A program made the translations under genes and the position numbers. From Zygnema circumcarinatum SAG 698-1b (lineage: Eukaryota > Plantae > Zygnematophyceae), in contig CM074804.1 of the NCBI GenBank assembly GCA_037447605.1, positions 4,131,909 through 4,195,908 of the forward strand: a stretch of 64,000 nt of DNA, in the 5' to 3' direction. This document shows positions 25,327 through 37,941 of the stretch, in pieces. Under the pieces are notes generated by a model that was not told the DNA's origin, searched no databases, and saw nothing but the letters and a program-made list of their open reading frames with translations. Each line of letters starts with the position of its first letter. Position 1 is the stretch's first letter.

Positions 25327-28300
25327 ATGGCGAATGTGGACAAGGCCATCTCAGACGCGGTCTTCTCCTTGCTCGAGCGCATAGGAGTAGATACCAACTA
25401 CATCAGTCCGATTACTAAAGAGCTTCCATTCATAGCAAGCCCGACTCCGGTGGTGTTATCAGTAACAGCATACTTGATTATTGTCAAATTATGGGCAGAA
25501 TACATCAAGATTTCAGGCTTAAAGCCGAGAGTCGCCGACCCCCCCGCATTGCACTTACTGATAGTTTTGCACAATCTGTTCCTGTGTGGATTAAGCTTGT
25601 ACATGGGCGTAGGAATTGCTTACGAAATGTGGAAGCACAAGTAAGTAATTTCCGGTTTTTTTTATTTTTCTTTTCTTCTATTTTCTTGGCTTTCTGCTGG
25701 CCTGTCCGCTTAATTGCCTTTTCTTTCTTCAGGAAGTTGGAAAACGTCATTGGTTGCAACCTTGCTTATTCTCTGGCTAGCGGTAGAAAAAAAAAAAAAA
25801 TCTGCTCATCAAATTTTATCTGTCCCCGTCCCTTTGATGCCGCATCATTTTTCAAATGCGTAATGGTCATACTTGAAGATGTTGGAGTTCCATGAACGTC
25901 TTAGTTGATCTTGCCCACTCTATGAAAGGTCCAGCTTCACTATGTTGCTGGCTTCCGACCCTTACAAATGGTTTTGAATTGGTCGGTGTAGCTTATGCCC
26001 TCGGATTTTTTATTGCATTCATTGTGCCTCATGTATTGTTCTTGTATTGCCATTTTCAGTAGCTTTGATCCGTAAACTTTCGCGATTCGCATGTATGCAT
26101 GAGTTTGGAGCGAGCTATGTGCAGATCCTCTGAAGTTATGTAAATTGGTTGATAAATTTCTTGCAGGTTTACAATTTTTGGAAACAAAGTGGACCCGGAT
26201 CAAGTTGAGGTGTGATCTTCATACACTTCAGCTTTCAGGCAGCTGAATCTATTATCTGTAGCTGTGATCCTTTTTTTGTTTCACCTCTCCAATCGCTGCT
26301 TTACATCATCCGCCTACCCCAAACTTTCTTTGGTTCTCGAAGCCCACGGAAGAGAAAAAAAAGCGCGGGATTTAGTCGAAGCTATTTTGTTCTCAACTGT
26401 GCATTTGCGTTTTTGGCTGTTCTGTTACTTTTGCCAGCTCGGCCACCTTATTTACATATTCTACATCAGCAAACTATACGAGTTTGTTGACACAGTAAGT
26501 TGGGAAACTATGCCACACGTTGTAGAATGGTTTATAAACCAATTTTGTCTTCAAATTTGTGAATACTGGAGTTGTGCAACACATAGAGATTGGAACTGCT
26601 GATGGAATCTGTACGTACCAAACTAAGTGACGAAGACTGCCGGTATGTTCCTTTTGATATCCATGAAGTACCACGATTTGTTTCCTCTGATAGTGCAAAT
26701 CAGCGAGTGTTTAGCAAGTGTTTAAGGATACAACATTATGCTTGCTCTGTTCAACTGTCAGGCTATCTGCTTGCAGTAGGGTGTGGCTTTCAGTTCTGTG
26801 AGAAGGAAGCTAATATAAAGCAAGGACATTAATCACTATAGACAAAATTTACTTATCGATATAGCAGTATGCTGCTTTTTTTATTGTCAAAAGGAAAACA
26901 GGAAAGGTTTGCAAGTTGATTGGTGCAGTACGCACCAATGCTGCATTCGTTTGCTTAGCGCTGAGCTGACTTGCGTCAGCTTGCCAATATTGAATGTTTT
27001 GAGAGAACAGAGAGAGAGATTAATCTTTTTAATCACTTTACAGAGATCAATTGAAATGTAGTCCTTATCCCATCGACCCAGATTTGACGAGGCATCAACC
27101 TACTATACTTGGACAAGCGTCAATTGGATCTGATACGTCGGAAGGGGTGTGAATATACCTTTTTTATTTGAATGGTTTCGTGTGTTTCACAGGTGATCAT
27201 GTTGTTAAAGCGGAATTTGCGTCAGATATCCTACTTGCATGTGTATCATCATGCCAGCATATCGCTCATCTGGTGGCTATTGGCGTATCGTTGTCCAGGC
27301 GGTGACGGTGAGTCGTTGATGGGCTTTCTTTGCCCCCAGGATGTTGGAATATCATAAAAGAAGTGTCTTTCTGTTTGTCCTTCCTTTTTTCATGTCAATG
27401 GGAGAAGCGTCTATCGGATTGTCCCACAACTATGACCTTTGCCATAGGCTATTTTAAGAGAAGTGTGAAATATGCGGGGAACATGTGCAGTAATAATTTA
27501 AGTTTAAACATTGACAAGAATGCATGAAGGCTCTAGTTGTCGTAAAGGCAATTCCTACCTGCCATATGCTTCAATTTAGGCTATTCAACGAACTAGTCAA
27601 TTCAGCTCAGACTTGTTTTATAAGTGGATTTCTTACGTTGGGTGCCTGAATTTAATTGATAAGTTTCCTTTTGTTGGTGGGGGTGTGATGTGTCAATGTA
27701 CAGCTTATTTTTCTGCGCTTTTCAATTCTTGGGTTCACGTGATTATGTACCTTTATTATCTACTTTCAGCGATCATTGGCAAGAATGAAAAGCGTCGGAG
27801 GAAGTACTTGTTCTGGGGCAAGTAAGCTGCATATGTCCTTCAATAAGCCACACTTTATATTTTCATTTGCTCGCCTTAGAATTACTTAAGCATAAGTAGT
27901 CGGATTGATTCAATTTGAAAAGTACATCTAGGGCGAACCGTCAACCTGCCTCCCTGGCTTTTCTTTTTATCATCTTGTGCCAGAGATTTATCCTATCATC
28001 CTTCACGCGTGAAGTCTCCTTGGATAAGTTGCCCAAAGCCACCGTCTTTTGAAAAATCTGTACATGTATGGAGCGAGCCAAGTGTCGAGAAGGTAGAGAT
28101 TGGTGTCTATACGTCCTTTTACGAGACTGTTCTGTTCAAATATGTGAAGGTAAGTTGTCTATCTGTGGCTGGCTTGCTGTCTGCAGGTATTTGACCATGC
28201 TGCAGATGGTGCAGTTCATGTCATTCATCGTACAATCCGTGCACGGGATGTTGTGGCCCGAAGAGTACCCACGTGGCATGTGCCGGGTAAGAATTGCAAC

Positions 28301-28848
28301 TATACTACATGTAACTCTACTCTCTCTCTTTTCTAGTTAGCGAGTTAAGCTGTCAGAAAATCGATGCTTTCTCCAGATTAAAGGCAAAGGTAGCCGTTTT
28401 AATCTCGGTACTTTCAATATGCCCATTCTAGATTCGTGGGATACTGCTCCCGATCTGTTTCCTGCCACTCGCAATCATGTGACCTGCTTACGTGTTATTT
28501 AGGTCAATACAAGCAAACTAGTTGGTGCTCCGTGCAAATACACTCGCTGTCAGGATGCTCTCATCTCTTGTTGGCCCTTCTATTTTTTCTTGCTAGCTGT
28601 CCATTCTTACAGACTGCACTACTGTTTAACACAACGCCTTGCAGATAGTCCGAAGTCTTCAGCTTTCATGCTGCTCTAGTTTATGGTTCCACACGCCATT
28701 TTCTCATTGCGTTTTTTGTTGAACGGTGGCGCAGTTACTTTTTGTCTATTCCCTCTCTTTGTTGTTATTTTTCTGCGACTTCTTCTACCAAAAGTATGGT
28801 AGGCGCTCAGCAAGTACTCAAGTAAAGAGGAGCAAGAAAGTGGAGTGA
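25327..28848 (+). CDS. ELO/GNS1/SUR4 family fatty acid elongase, Delta6-PUFA-elongase-like (multi-exon)
   Basis: Motifs HNLFLCGLSLYM, FYISKLYEFVDT, QISYLHVYHH (His box), AYFSALFNSWVHVIMYLYY, KYLFWGKYLTMLQMVQF, and C-terminal SKKVE* (dilysine-type ER retention signal). Confidence 0.92.
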
Positions 28849-29861
28849 TCTTGTGGTGTTGGAAAATCTTCCCCAGACGATCCTTAAGACCTACCAATTT
28901 TGTAGGCGGTGTAAGCAGTTTGCAAGTTCAATCAAAGGTGAGAGTTTTTCATTTATCTCGGTTGTTCAGTTTGTTCTCTCTTTTGTCATGTGGTTCTGTA
29001 GCGCGGTTACATATGACTAGCTTCTATGCCAAATTTTAGGTATGGCCTTGCAGCTTCTTTCCTGTTAGCCATTCTGAGCTTCAGTGTAGTGCCCTTTTTA
29101 ATCCTTCCCTTTGGGTGAAACTTTTTCTAGAAGAGGCAGTACGCGACAGCTTGCCTCAGACACGAAGAACGTCCATACATTTCGTATTCTGAGAAAATGA
29201 TTCAGAACTTTTGCTATAGAGTAGAGGCTTAGGGTTTCAAATTTTTATTGTGAGAAACAGCACTTTTTGGCATTCAAAAGACAAAAATGGGACCATTTTT
29301 CCGCTCGGTGGCTCACATAGGATGTAATGGACTGCGTGTTTTTAAAAGCTTCGGATGTTGGGCATTTTTTGTGCATTTGTTTTGTAAATCAAGGCTGTAA
29401 GTCGTTCACCTGCATGCGGCCTGCAGAGAGGAGGCTCAGCTCGAGATGTGCGCGGATGTCATGAGCCGCGGACTGCATTAGGCACTAATGTTTCATGCAA
29501 AATTGCACACATCGCACAACATGTTGCAGCAAATCTTTAAAATATAAAAAAAGTTAGTTTCCGAGAAGTATTTGAAAATTACTCTGGATGCATACCATGG
29601 ATTGGAATTACGCCTCTCCCACGATTGACGACCGATTGGGTTGAACATTTCTAACCGGTCCATTCCGTGAAGGTGCTGGGACTATACTGCATCGCGCGCA
29701 CTGGCTGTATCGTGGCGAGTCGGTGCCGCCGGTGTCCTCTAAGATCGCAGCGCTCGCTCGCTCGCTCGCTGTGGTACCGTGGTCCGTAGTCCGGACCGGA
29801 CAAGCGACGGGGCGACCGACCGCCCTACTCGGCAGTAAGGATGGATATTAGAACGCAGTGG

Positions 29862-30312
29862 AGCAAAGGATGTGGCATTGATCTCACGATGGCGATGCCA
29901 TCAAAACGTACATGGACAAAATCAGCATCAGGAACCACGAGGAACTGGTCGCAAAGGACTTCAAGGACAAAAGAAAGAGCTAGGAGCGGAAAGCTACGCC
30001 TAAGCGCAACAACGCAGCCCTCCCTCGAAGCAGCCGCGAAGGCTACATCGCGCGGAGGGAGGGAGGGAGCGACGCACTGCCACCAACCGCGGCTTCACGC
30101 CGAAGGGGCGGAGAAGCGAGGCACCGTTGACTGGCAATGGAAATGCGCTGTCGATAAAAAGTAGCGAGGATTGATCGGCTTCCTTCCGGGGCCGTGCGCG
30201 CATCTCCAAGGAGCGATGAGCGCACTGGCGGAGGAAGGACGGACGGCATCCAAACGGGCGTCGAGGCGCCCACAAATCGCAACAGCCGCAGGAGCAAACT
30301 CGTCGACCGAGT
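29862..30312 (-). mobile_element. 5'-truncated CRE-like RLE non-LTR retrotransposon relic, copy D
   Basis: The minus strand reads DEFAPAAVAICGRLDARLD/FLRQCAHRSLEM/SILATFYRQRISIASQRCLAS...RGCF, frameshifted and homologous to copy A, with the same 3'UTR. Confidence 0.8.
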
Positions 30313-30522
30313 CACATCACGTTACGTCACGTGGGCATATGCACTCTCCTTCCCAAGGGCCGCTTCGCCTTCATGCTGCGCTGCACGCGGCAACACATCG
30401 CGACGGGGCGGATTGGCGAAAACATCCTCAAAGTGTGCCGAGCACCTTCCACGAGCGCCAAAAAAAAGAATTCCAATCAAAAATTCTAAAAGTCAGCCCG
30501 GTTATAAAACACTTTTAGAATT

Positions 30523-30685
30523 TCCGTACAGTCATACGGCCATACGGCAGCCACTCTGACGGGCAATGCTGGCCCAGCTCCATTCGCAACGCCAACTTGA
30601 ACCAAACCTAATTTTGAGATTGTGGAGCCGTACGACCGTACATGTTGTTCAATCTCATCGGCCGTACGGTAATTCTAAAAGCTGT
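30523..30685. repeat. CGTAC-rich dispersed repeat, homologous to 56651-56850, interrupted by an LTR insertion
   Basis: Core CATTCGCAACGCCAAC...ACCTAATTTTG...CCGTACGACCGTAC is shared with 56775-56840. Confidence 0.55.
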
Positions 30686-33600
30686 TGTAGCGTAGTGGAG
30701 CTGCGCTCGACGGATCCGCGTCAGTTCAGTTGTACTTGACATATGCCTCTTCAGTGTCACGGACCGGCATAATCCAGGAGCTGCCGACGGAGAATGCGAG
30801 AAGGCGGCGCCATGTGTTGGCGGCCCACGGAACAGCACACCATCCAGCAAGGCGCACTCGGAAGCGCCGCATAATGCCGCCGATTGTCATTTGTTGACCT
30901 ATCAGAAGGCTCCACGTAGTCAGTCAGGCCTCTCAGTGGGCAGTTGGCCAATCAGAGACTGTCATTGCTAAGACTTAGGATTTACTGTCAGTGATAAGTA
31001 GATGGGATGTCAGTGATGCTAGTTTGTCTTTTAGTGCTGGGCTTAGTATTTGTATTTGCTGTGTGGTTTGTTGTCTTGTTCTTCTTTTCTTCCTCTCAAG
31101 CTCTAGCAACAGATGCTAAGTAAGAGAGAGAGAGAGAGTTCCATTGCGTAGAGAGAGAGAGAGAGAGAGAGTCTTCTTGCTGATAGCATTTAGACATCCC
31201 ATTCAGCCCAGCCAGACAAGCATTTCAGTGAGAAGACACTTTTATTGCAATGACAATCCCCAGCCAACCGCTGGCTGGGGTGAGTTTCCAAAACACAACC
31301 TTTATCTAAGCTGAGTCCTATTTTCCCTTTGCTGNNNNNNNNNNTAGAGGATTCACTGGAAAGCAGGAAGATGCAGAAGCCTGGCTGAGACATCTGGAGG
31401 AAAAGGCAGCGCAAGCAGACCTGAAGGATGACCAGTGGATCAAGCTGGCCCTTGGGGCGCTGGAAGGAGAGGCAGTCAATTGGAAACTGTCCCGAAACTG
31501 GCACAAGGCGGCTGTCGTTGGCACCCTGACTAGGGACACATTCAAGCAGGCTTTCAGACAACGCTGGATTTCAGATCCAATCACTGTGCTAGACCGACTT
31601 CGCTACATAGAGTGCTACAGTGATGAGCGGTTGTTNNNNNNNNNNGAGCCGACAGCGGCACAGCCGGAGCCGACAGCGCCAGTGACGGAAGAAATGCACG
31701 TGAACCCTCCCCATCGCCCTCGGGCAGCCCGTTTCTACCCCCAAGCAGCCGATCGTCGACCACCTCCCCCGACAGATGGCCTATCCCTGATTGAACGCAT
31801 GGTTCATCAGCTCATGGGGGACAAGGCTAAGATCGGAATTACCTTGTCACAGTTGATGCAGCTGGTTCCAGGTGCTGCAGCCGTCGTTCGTAAGCTGGCC
31901 GACAGCGCAGAGGCCACCCTGCGGCCTCCCACGGTTCCCACCTGGGACGCCCTCGCACACCTCCTCTCCGAGATATATACTACAGACTGCCACGTGCTTC
32001 TTCCAGACCGCGACCTCGCTCTCCCGCGGGCCCCTCGAGCACCTTTATGTCCCTCTACCCAACACTCACGTGCGACGATCGTCAATGCATGGCTGAATGG
32101 CCACCCAGGGAGGTCATGATCGACACAGGAGTTATGCGACAGTCTGTCCAAACCAATGACTGAAGGCTACAGGGGTTAAGTTGGACAAGACGCTCGAACC
32201 CATCCCCAGATATGTGGGGGTTGAGGGGAGTCTACATGAAGGTTTGGGCAGTGCCCAGGTGATCATCAGCCTTGGAGAGATGGGAGCCACGGTGAATGCG
32301 GTCATCACAGCCGCTGAGCATTATTCTATCCTGCTTGGCTCAGATTGGCTCATTGCAATGGGGGCACAGATCGACTTTTCTACGTGTCAGCTGCACTTAT
32401 CTGCTGGCGGGACAGCTTGCTCCTTCCCCATCATCCTTGAGTCCCTTGCCATCGCCTTCTGAAACGACACGCCACGCGTAGTCTCTCTGACCCGAGATGA
32501 ACATGTACTGGCATGCCGGTCGGCAGCCCCATTCTTCTATGGATCTGCCAACTCTGATACTGGAGACGGCACTTCCTCCTGTGGCTCTCTCCGGGGTTGA
32601 GCCTTTCCTGGGTGCCAATGGGAGAACTTTTGCTGCGCAGGTGCTGGCAGCCGAGCTTTCCCGCCCACCAGACTAGCGATGAAGAAAGCGGCTAAAATAG
32701 ATGGAACATATGCCACTGGGGTCGAGCATTGAGACCCAATCAAGACATCGCAATTGCGACAAGTGCTGCGTTGCTATCACTGACAGTCTTTGCCTTGCCA
32801 TGCATTGACATTTGGGGGTACTGATATTGATATGAGAGATCCCTTGCACTGATGACCATGACCTTATCGCTTTTCCGCTGCTCTACAGGGGGGCCATGTC
32901 CAAGACAGACCCGATGAAGAAGTGTGCTGCTGACCCAGGAAGCCCTGGAGAACACCCTGCGGGCCAGCCTGTGCCTCCGCCACCAAGCCGGATGGTAGAC
33001 CTCGTTTGGAGACTATTGGAGTTTGATGGGGACTGATGAAGTGGGATCCTGATACACGTTGGATGTGGACCCTGCATCCTCCACGGCGCTCCCCTTGATG
33101 ACCCAGTGGTTCCCAGGCAATTGCAGATGCAGAAGTCCTCCCGGAGACGCCTTTTGCGAGAGGCCGATCGCGCATGACAGGGCCTCGACGCTACACGCTT
33201 CATGCAGTGAGATGCTTCCTTTGGGCTCAAGAATTCTAGGCCAAGTCACCAGCGCCTGGGCCAACCAGGTCTTTGGTCCTGCCCGTCTCTCTGGTTGCAC
33301 TGTGATGATGCTTGCCTCCATAGCAAGGATTGGTCCTCCCACCTGCAACACATTGACCAAGTACTGCAACAGCTCATCAGTGCGCGTTTGAAGATTGCCC
33401 CCAAGAAATGCAAGTGGGGCCATCAGGAGATCACTCACCTAGGACATCGTCTTGGCATCAATGGACTGAAGCCATCACTCGACAAAATTGAGGCCATTGA
33501 CCTCATGCCAGTTCCACAGAACCTCACTCAGCTCAAATCTTTCTTGGGACTCACCTCCTTCTATCGCCGGTTCATCAAAGGTTNNNNNNNNNNGCAGGCA

Positions 33601-33715
33601 GACCCACAGCACCAACACAACCCTTCATCAGTTTCAGCACGGACGCGCGAGTGGCCGTACAGCACCTGCAACCAGCTCAGCAGTCTCCCCTTAACCCCAC
33701 TTATCTTGTGCTACA
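30686..33715 (+). mobile_element. Degenerate Ty3/gypsy LTR retrotransposon (three assembly gaps inside)
   Basis: Termini TGTAGC (30686) and GCTACA (33715) are flanked by a CTGT direct repeat. Gag-like segment at ~31380-31630, protease C-terminus ILLGSDWL at ~32330, and RT/RNase H linker CDDACLHSKDWSSHLQHIDQVLQQL...KKCKW...LGH...LKSFLGLTSFYRRFIKG at 33295-33583. Stops and frameshifts are present. Confidence 0.85.
31335..33593. other. Three 10-N assembly gaps (31335-31344, 31636-31645, 33584-33593)
   Basis: Runs of n in the sequence. All fall inside the LTR element, so its true length is unknown. Confidence 0.99.
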
Positions 33716-34739
33716 CTGTTCTAAAACTCTGAAGCTTTTGAGTACTAGAACGTTCTAATAATGCTGAAATCTACAACTCTGAAAGTCGCTTGTCCATCCG
33801 TACCCGGCCGAGCCGAGCCGCGGGCGCCGCCCGCCGAGAGCCTGCCTCGCTCCGCCTCAGGTGGCGCCGGTAATTCCGGTACCGTACGGCGCGCTTCGGA
33901 CAGGGAGGGGGCGTACGGACGGTACCGCAACGAACGATGTCAGGAACGTCAGTTCACGGCGGGGCGCGTTGGCCTGCACGCACTCTGGAAGAAAGTAAAG
34001 TGGTGCTGAAGGGTTTTTACACAGAGAACCGGTACCATTTTGTAGGCGGATCTCGATATTGCAAAGTACTCGGTTTGGTATTGCGGAACTACCGTGTTCT
34101 AAAACAGAACAGGTTGAGAAAAAAAGAAACTACAGACTTTGGCTTCTCAAAAATAAACTTTCAAAACCAGTTTCTCAAAAGCAAACCCTATATTTGTGAA
34201 CACGAGTCATTCTGAGAAATATGAGAGATGGATTCCTAAATTTTTTTCTCAACACAATTTTTATGGAGAACCAATTGAACATTGAACAATTAATTATTGT
34301 TCGTCTTCAATTTGAGTTTCCCTTGGGTCGTTCGATCAACAATGAGATTTTAGCGATCGCAAAGCGCGTGGACCCGCTCGTCCATACCCGTACTACTGAA
34401 GAAAACCTTCAGTAAGGCTGATACCCAGGCTGATTAGGGGGAGTACTGCACTCAGGTAAAAAACGATCCTCCCCCCAAAGTGTACGGTACCGCAAAATAA
34501 AAACTCTTCAGCACTACCTGGGCGTGCCAGACTTAAAAAACGTTAGTATGCGTGCTCGTATGTTTGAAACCAGAACGAGTACTCGAGTAATATCGCGATC
34601 CTTTAGCGGCGGAGTACTTCCGTAATCCTTGTTTTCGTAACGCTTTCCGTAAGATTTCGTTATGTCTGACACGCCCTCCTGACGACAAAACCGCACCGGT
34701 GGCTTTTTGCACGTCTGGCACGCCCTCATGAGCAACCTT

Positions 34740-35110
34740 TCGGTCGTACGAACGGCCGGACGGACGGACGGACTGACGGGCGGGGGGAACCTGCGGCGGC
34801 GCGTGCCAACCGTACAGCAGCCCCAAGCCTCCGCGAATCCGCTGACGCCACGTGTCCCACCTTTTCGAACGGCGGCACGCCGTACATTTCCGACCGTTGG
34901 ACCCCGCGACGTGCGTCAGGTCAGACGGCGCCAAGCACTCGCCAAAGTCGGACCGTACTGGACCGTACTGGACTGTACCGTACCGTACCGTACCTTTACC
35001 CATACGACGGCAGCGGCCGAGGCGAGGGAGCCCGGCCCGGCGAGGGCGCCCGGCCCCGGCACGCGGCCGCCGTCGTACGAGGCCGTACAGTAACGGCCCT
35101 CGGCCTGTTA
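34740..35110 (+). promoter_or_regulatory. Dense CCGTAC/GTAC array (SBP/SPL-type motif) upstream of transporter copy 1
   Basis: About 8 CCGTAC plus CGTACG in 370 bp, including GGACCGTACTGGACCGTACTGGACTGTACCGTACCGTACCGTACC. A CT-rich leader follows. Confidence 0.5.
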
Positions 35111-35393
35111 CAGTCCAGTATCGCGATGCGAATTCTGGCCTGAACGTCCGCTCCCTCCCTCCCACTCCCACCCTCCCTCCCTCCCACTCCCACCCTCCCT
35201 CCCTCCCTCCTGCACAGAGCAAGCAGCAGCACCTCGCCCGCGCCGCTCCCCTCCGCGCGCGGTGCCTTTCCGCCTCCGCGACAACTATCTCAATCACTTC
35301 TGCTCTCTCTCCGATTCCTCACTCACCTGTCTTCTTCCGGTCTTCTTCGCTCCCTTTACCTCTTGTTCCCTCGCTCGGCCCACTCTCCTAACC

Positions 35394-37941
35394 ATGTCGT
35401 CTGCTCCAAAGGTAGATACAACGGCTACATCTCCCGAAGAGGTAAACTACCACCCTTTCATCTTCCACCATCTTACTCTCCAGAGAGTCTTTCCAAAATA
35501 TCCAGTTCAATAAACTCGTTTTGTCACTCACGAATTTCTCTTCTATAACCTAGTCTTCTTTGTTTTCATTCCTATCATATTCCTTTTCATTGTTATCGTG
35601 CAGGCCGAGGAGCCTTTATTGTCGCACAAGACGCCTGGAAAATCTCCATCTGAAAAGGATCGACAAGGAGAGACTGTGTTTGAGGACTTGAAGATTAGAT
35701 TTCTCGCAATTTTCAGAGAATATGTTCCAAACTTCAAGGCATTCGCGTCCGTGTTTATGGCCGCTGCCGTGATGCTGACAGTGTTTCAGTGGTGGTTCTT
35801 CAATATCGCAGTCATCATTATCAACAAATGGATTTTTCAGGTGATTTGACGTCACTTGTTCATTTACTGGGTTTGGCATTTCCTTCCTTGACTTGATTTC
35901 ACTTCTTGTTCAAATAAGTGTCTCCATTTTTTTTGTAATGCGAATGTACTCCTCCTTCGACACTACCCTACTTCTTTCCTCCCCTTATTTTCTGTCTGGA
36001 AATTTTGAATTTGAGGAAGAACTTTTCCAAACAATCGGAGGAATTGCCGGCAACGAAAAAAAAAACAGGTTGATGACAACGAATAAATGCACAAAACCCA
36101 GCGTCGCCACATTGGTCACCATGAGTTTTTCGTGCTTTCGAAGTTCAAATTGACGTTTTCCGAGTTCCACCGCGCTCAGCTCAGGATTCATTTGGTTCAA
36201 TTCGGATTCACTATTGCTCATTAACGCATCACCCTAATGGTTTGCTGGATGAAGCTTCAAACCCCTTCGCGAAACCATGAATGCTACTTGTGAGGACCTA
36301 TCTTTTCCCAATACACTACCTGGAAAATTCAGCTGAATTTACATCTTGCCGTGACGGCTGGTGCAGGAATTCCATTTCACGTTTCCATTGACGTTAACGT
36401 GCGTCCACTTCGCGGTGTCGTGGGCGGGGGCCCACATCTCCATACATGTGAGCAGCCCCCTCCCCTCTCCGTTTCCCCTCCCCCTCGAACCCTAATCCTT
36501 GAGAAGTGGGGGCGCATGCAAGAACCACTCGGAGCTGACCCCCCCCTTGGGCGGGCAGGGCCTGAAGCTGAGCCCCCTGATCGCGGTGGAGCGCGCGGAC
36601 CTCCTCCCGCGCATCCTCCCGCTCGCCGCCGTCACGTGCGTCAACATCGTGCTGGGCAACGTCAGCCTGCGCTACATCCCCGTCTCCTTCGTGCAGACCA
36701 TCAAGGCGCTCACGCCCGCCACCACGGGTGGGTAAATAATCTTAAGATAGCGGGAGGAAGGATAGAGCCGTCAGTAGATGAACTCAAATACAGGAAGGAA
36801 AAGATAGAGCAGTGAATAGATGGAGATAACCCATGCTACAATGAAGGGAAAAATACAGGTGAGGATGCAGCTGAAAGGGGTTTGCGTGTTGCGGGCTGCG
36901 CAGTGCTCCTGCAGGTCCTGTTCTGGGGCAAGAAGTTCCACTCGTTGGTGTACGTGAGCCTGCTGCCGGTGGTGGGCGGCATGGTGCTCGCCTCCTTCAC
37001 GGAGCTGAGCTTCGTGCTGGCGGGGTTTCTGGCCGCCATAGCCTCGTGCTTCATCACCTCCACGGGCGTCATCCTCGCGGAGATCCTCCTGAGCGGAAAG
37101 TACAAGTTCGACTCCCTCAACACGGTCAGCCGCGCCCCTCCCCTCCCCCACTCCTCCAACTCGATCACGGTCTCACACTTCTGCGTCTCCCTCTCTCCCC
37201 CTCTCCCTCCCTCCCTCCCTCCCTCCCCTCGCTGAAGGGAGCGCGGTACGGTGCGGGCGGCGGGGCGGGCAGGTGTACTACATGGTGCCGTACGGCCTGC
37301 AGCTGCTGGTGGTGCCCGCGGTCGCCCTCGAGGGCCGCGCGGTGCGCGAGTGGGCGCTGCGCTCCGGGGAGCTCTTCTGGCCCGCGCTGGCGGCCGTCGT
37401 GGCCTCCGGCGCGCTCGCCTTCGGGCTCAACTTCTCGCTCTACGCCGTCATCAAGGTCACCAGCGCCGTCACCTTCAACGTCGTCGGGAACTTCAAGGTC
37501 AGGCGGACGACTGCTGCCTTCCTCCCGCACGGGCTCCTTCTGAAAGTGAACACCCAGATAGATGGCTTCGCCTCCTCCTCGGATATTGTCGAAATTGGGT
37601 CTGCCTTTGCAGGACGCGGGGAGACTAAAGAAAGGTTTTCAGATGTCAAAAGACTAAAAAAAAAAGAACAAAGCTTGAGAGAGATCCAATGTGCTGATTT
37701 CCTGGAGGGAGTGAGTGCGTGCGGGTGTGAGCAGGTGGCTGTGGCGGTGCTCTGCTCGTGGCTGGTGTTCCGCAATCCCATGAACCTCCTCAACATATTG
37801 GGCTGCGCCATCACCGTTGGGGGGTGCACGTATTACGGGTATCTGCAGCACCACTTCGCGCAGCAGGCGAAGGCGGCCTCCTCCGCGGCGCAGGCACAGG
37901 CCGGCCCGGCAGCGCCCGGGAAGCAGCCGCTCGCTGTCTGA
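35394..37941 (+). CDS. Nucleotide-sugar transporter, TPT/NST family (UDP-galactose transporter 1 / GONST5-like), copy 1
   Basis: Motifs LTVFQWWFFNIAVIIINKWIFQ, FTFPLTLTCVHF, NIVLGNVSLRYIPVSFVQTIKALTPATT, FTELSF, YKFDSLNTVYYM, FGLNFSLYAVIKVTSAVTFNVVGNFKVAVAVLCSWLVFRNP. Seven GT-AG exons. Confidence 0.9.

Noticed and set aside
33761-35391. Many overlapping Arg/Pro/Gly-rich ORFs in GC-rich islands (also 1541-2311, 42960-44363, 50131-50963)
   Set aside because: Stop-poor GC-rich noncoding DNA with no domain motifs or splice-supported structure.
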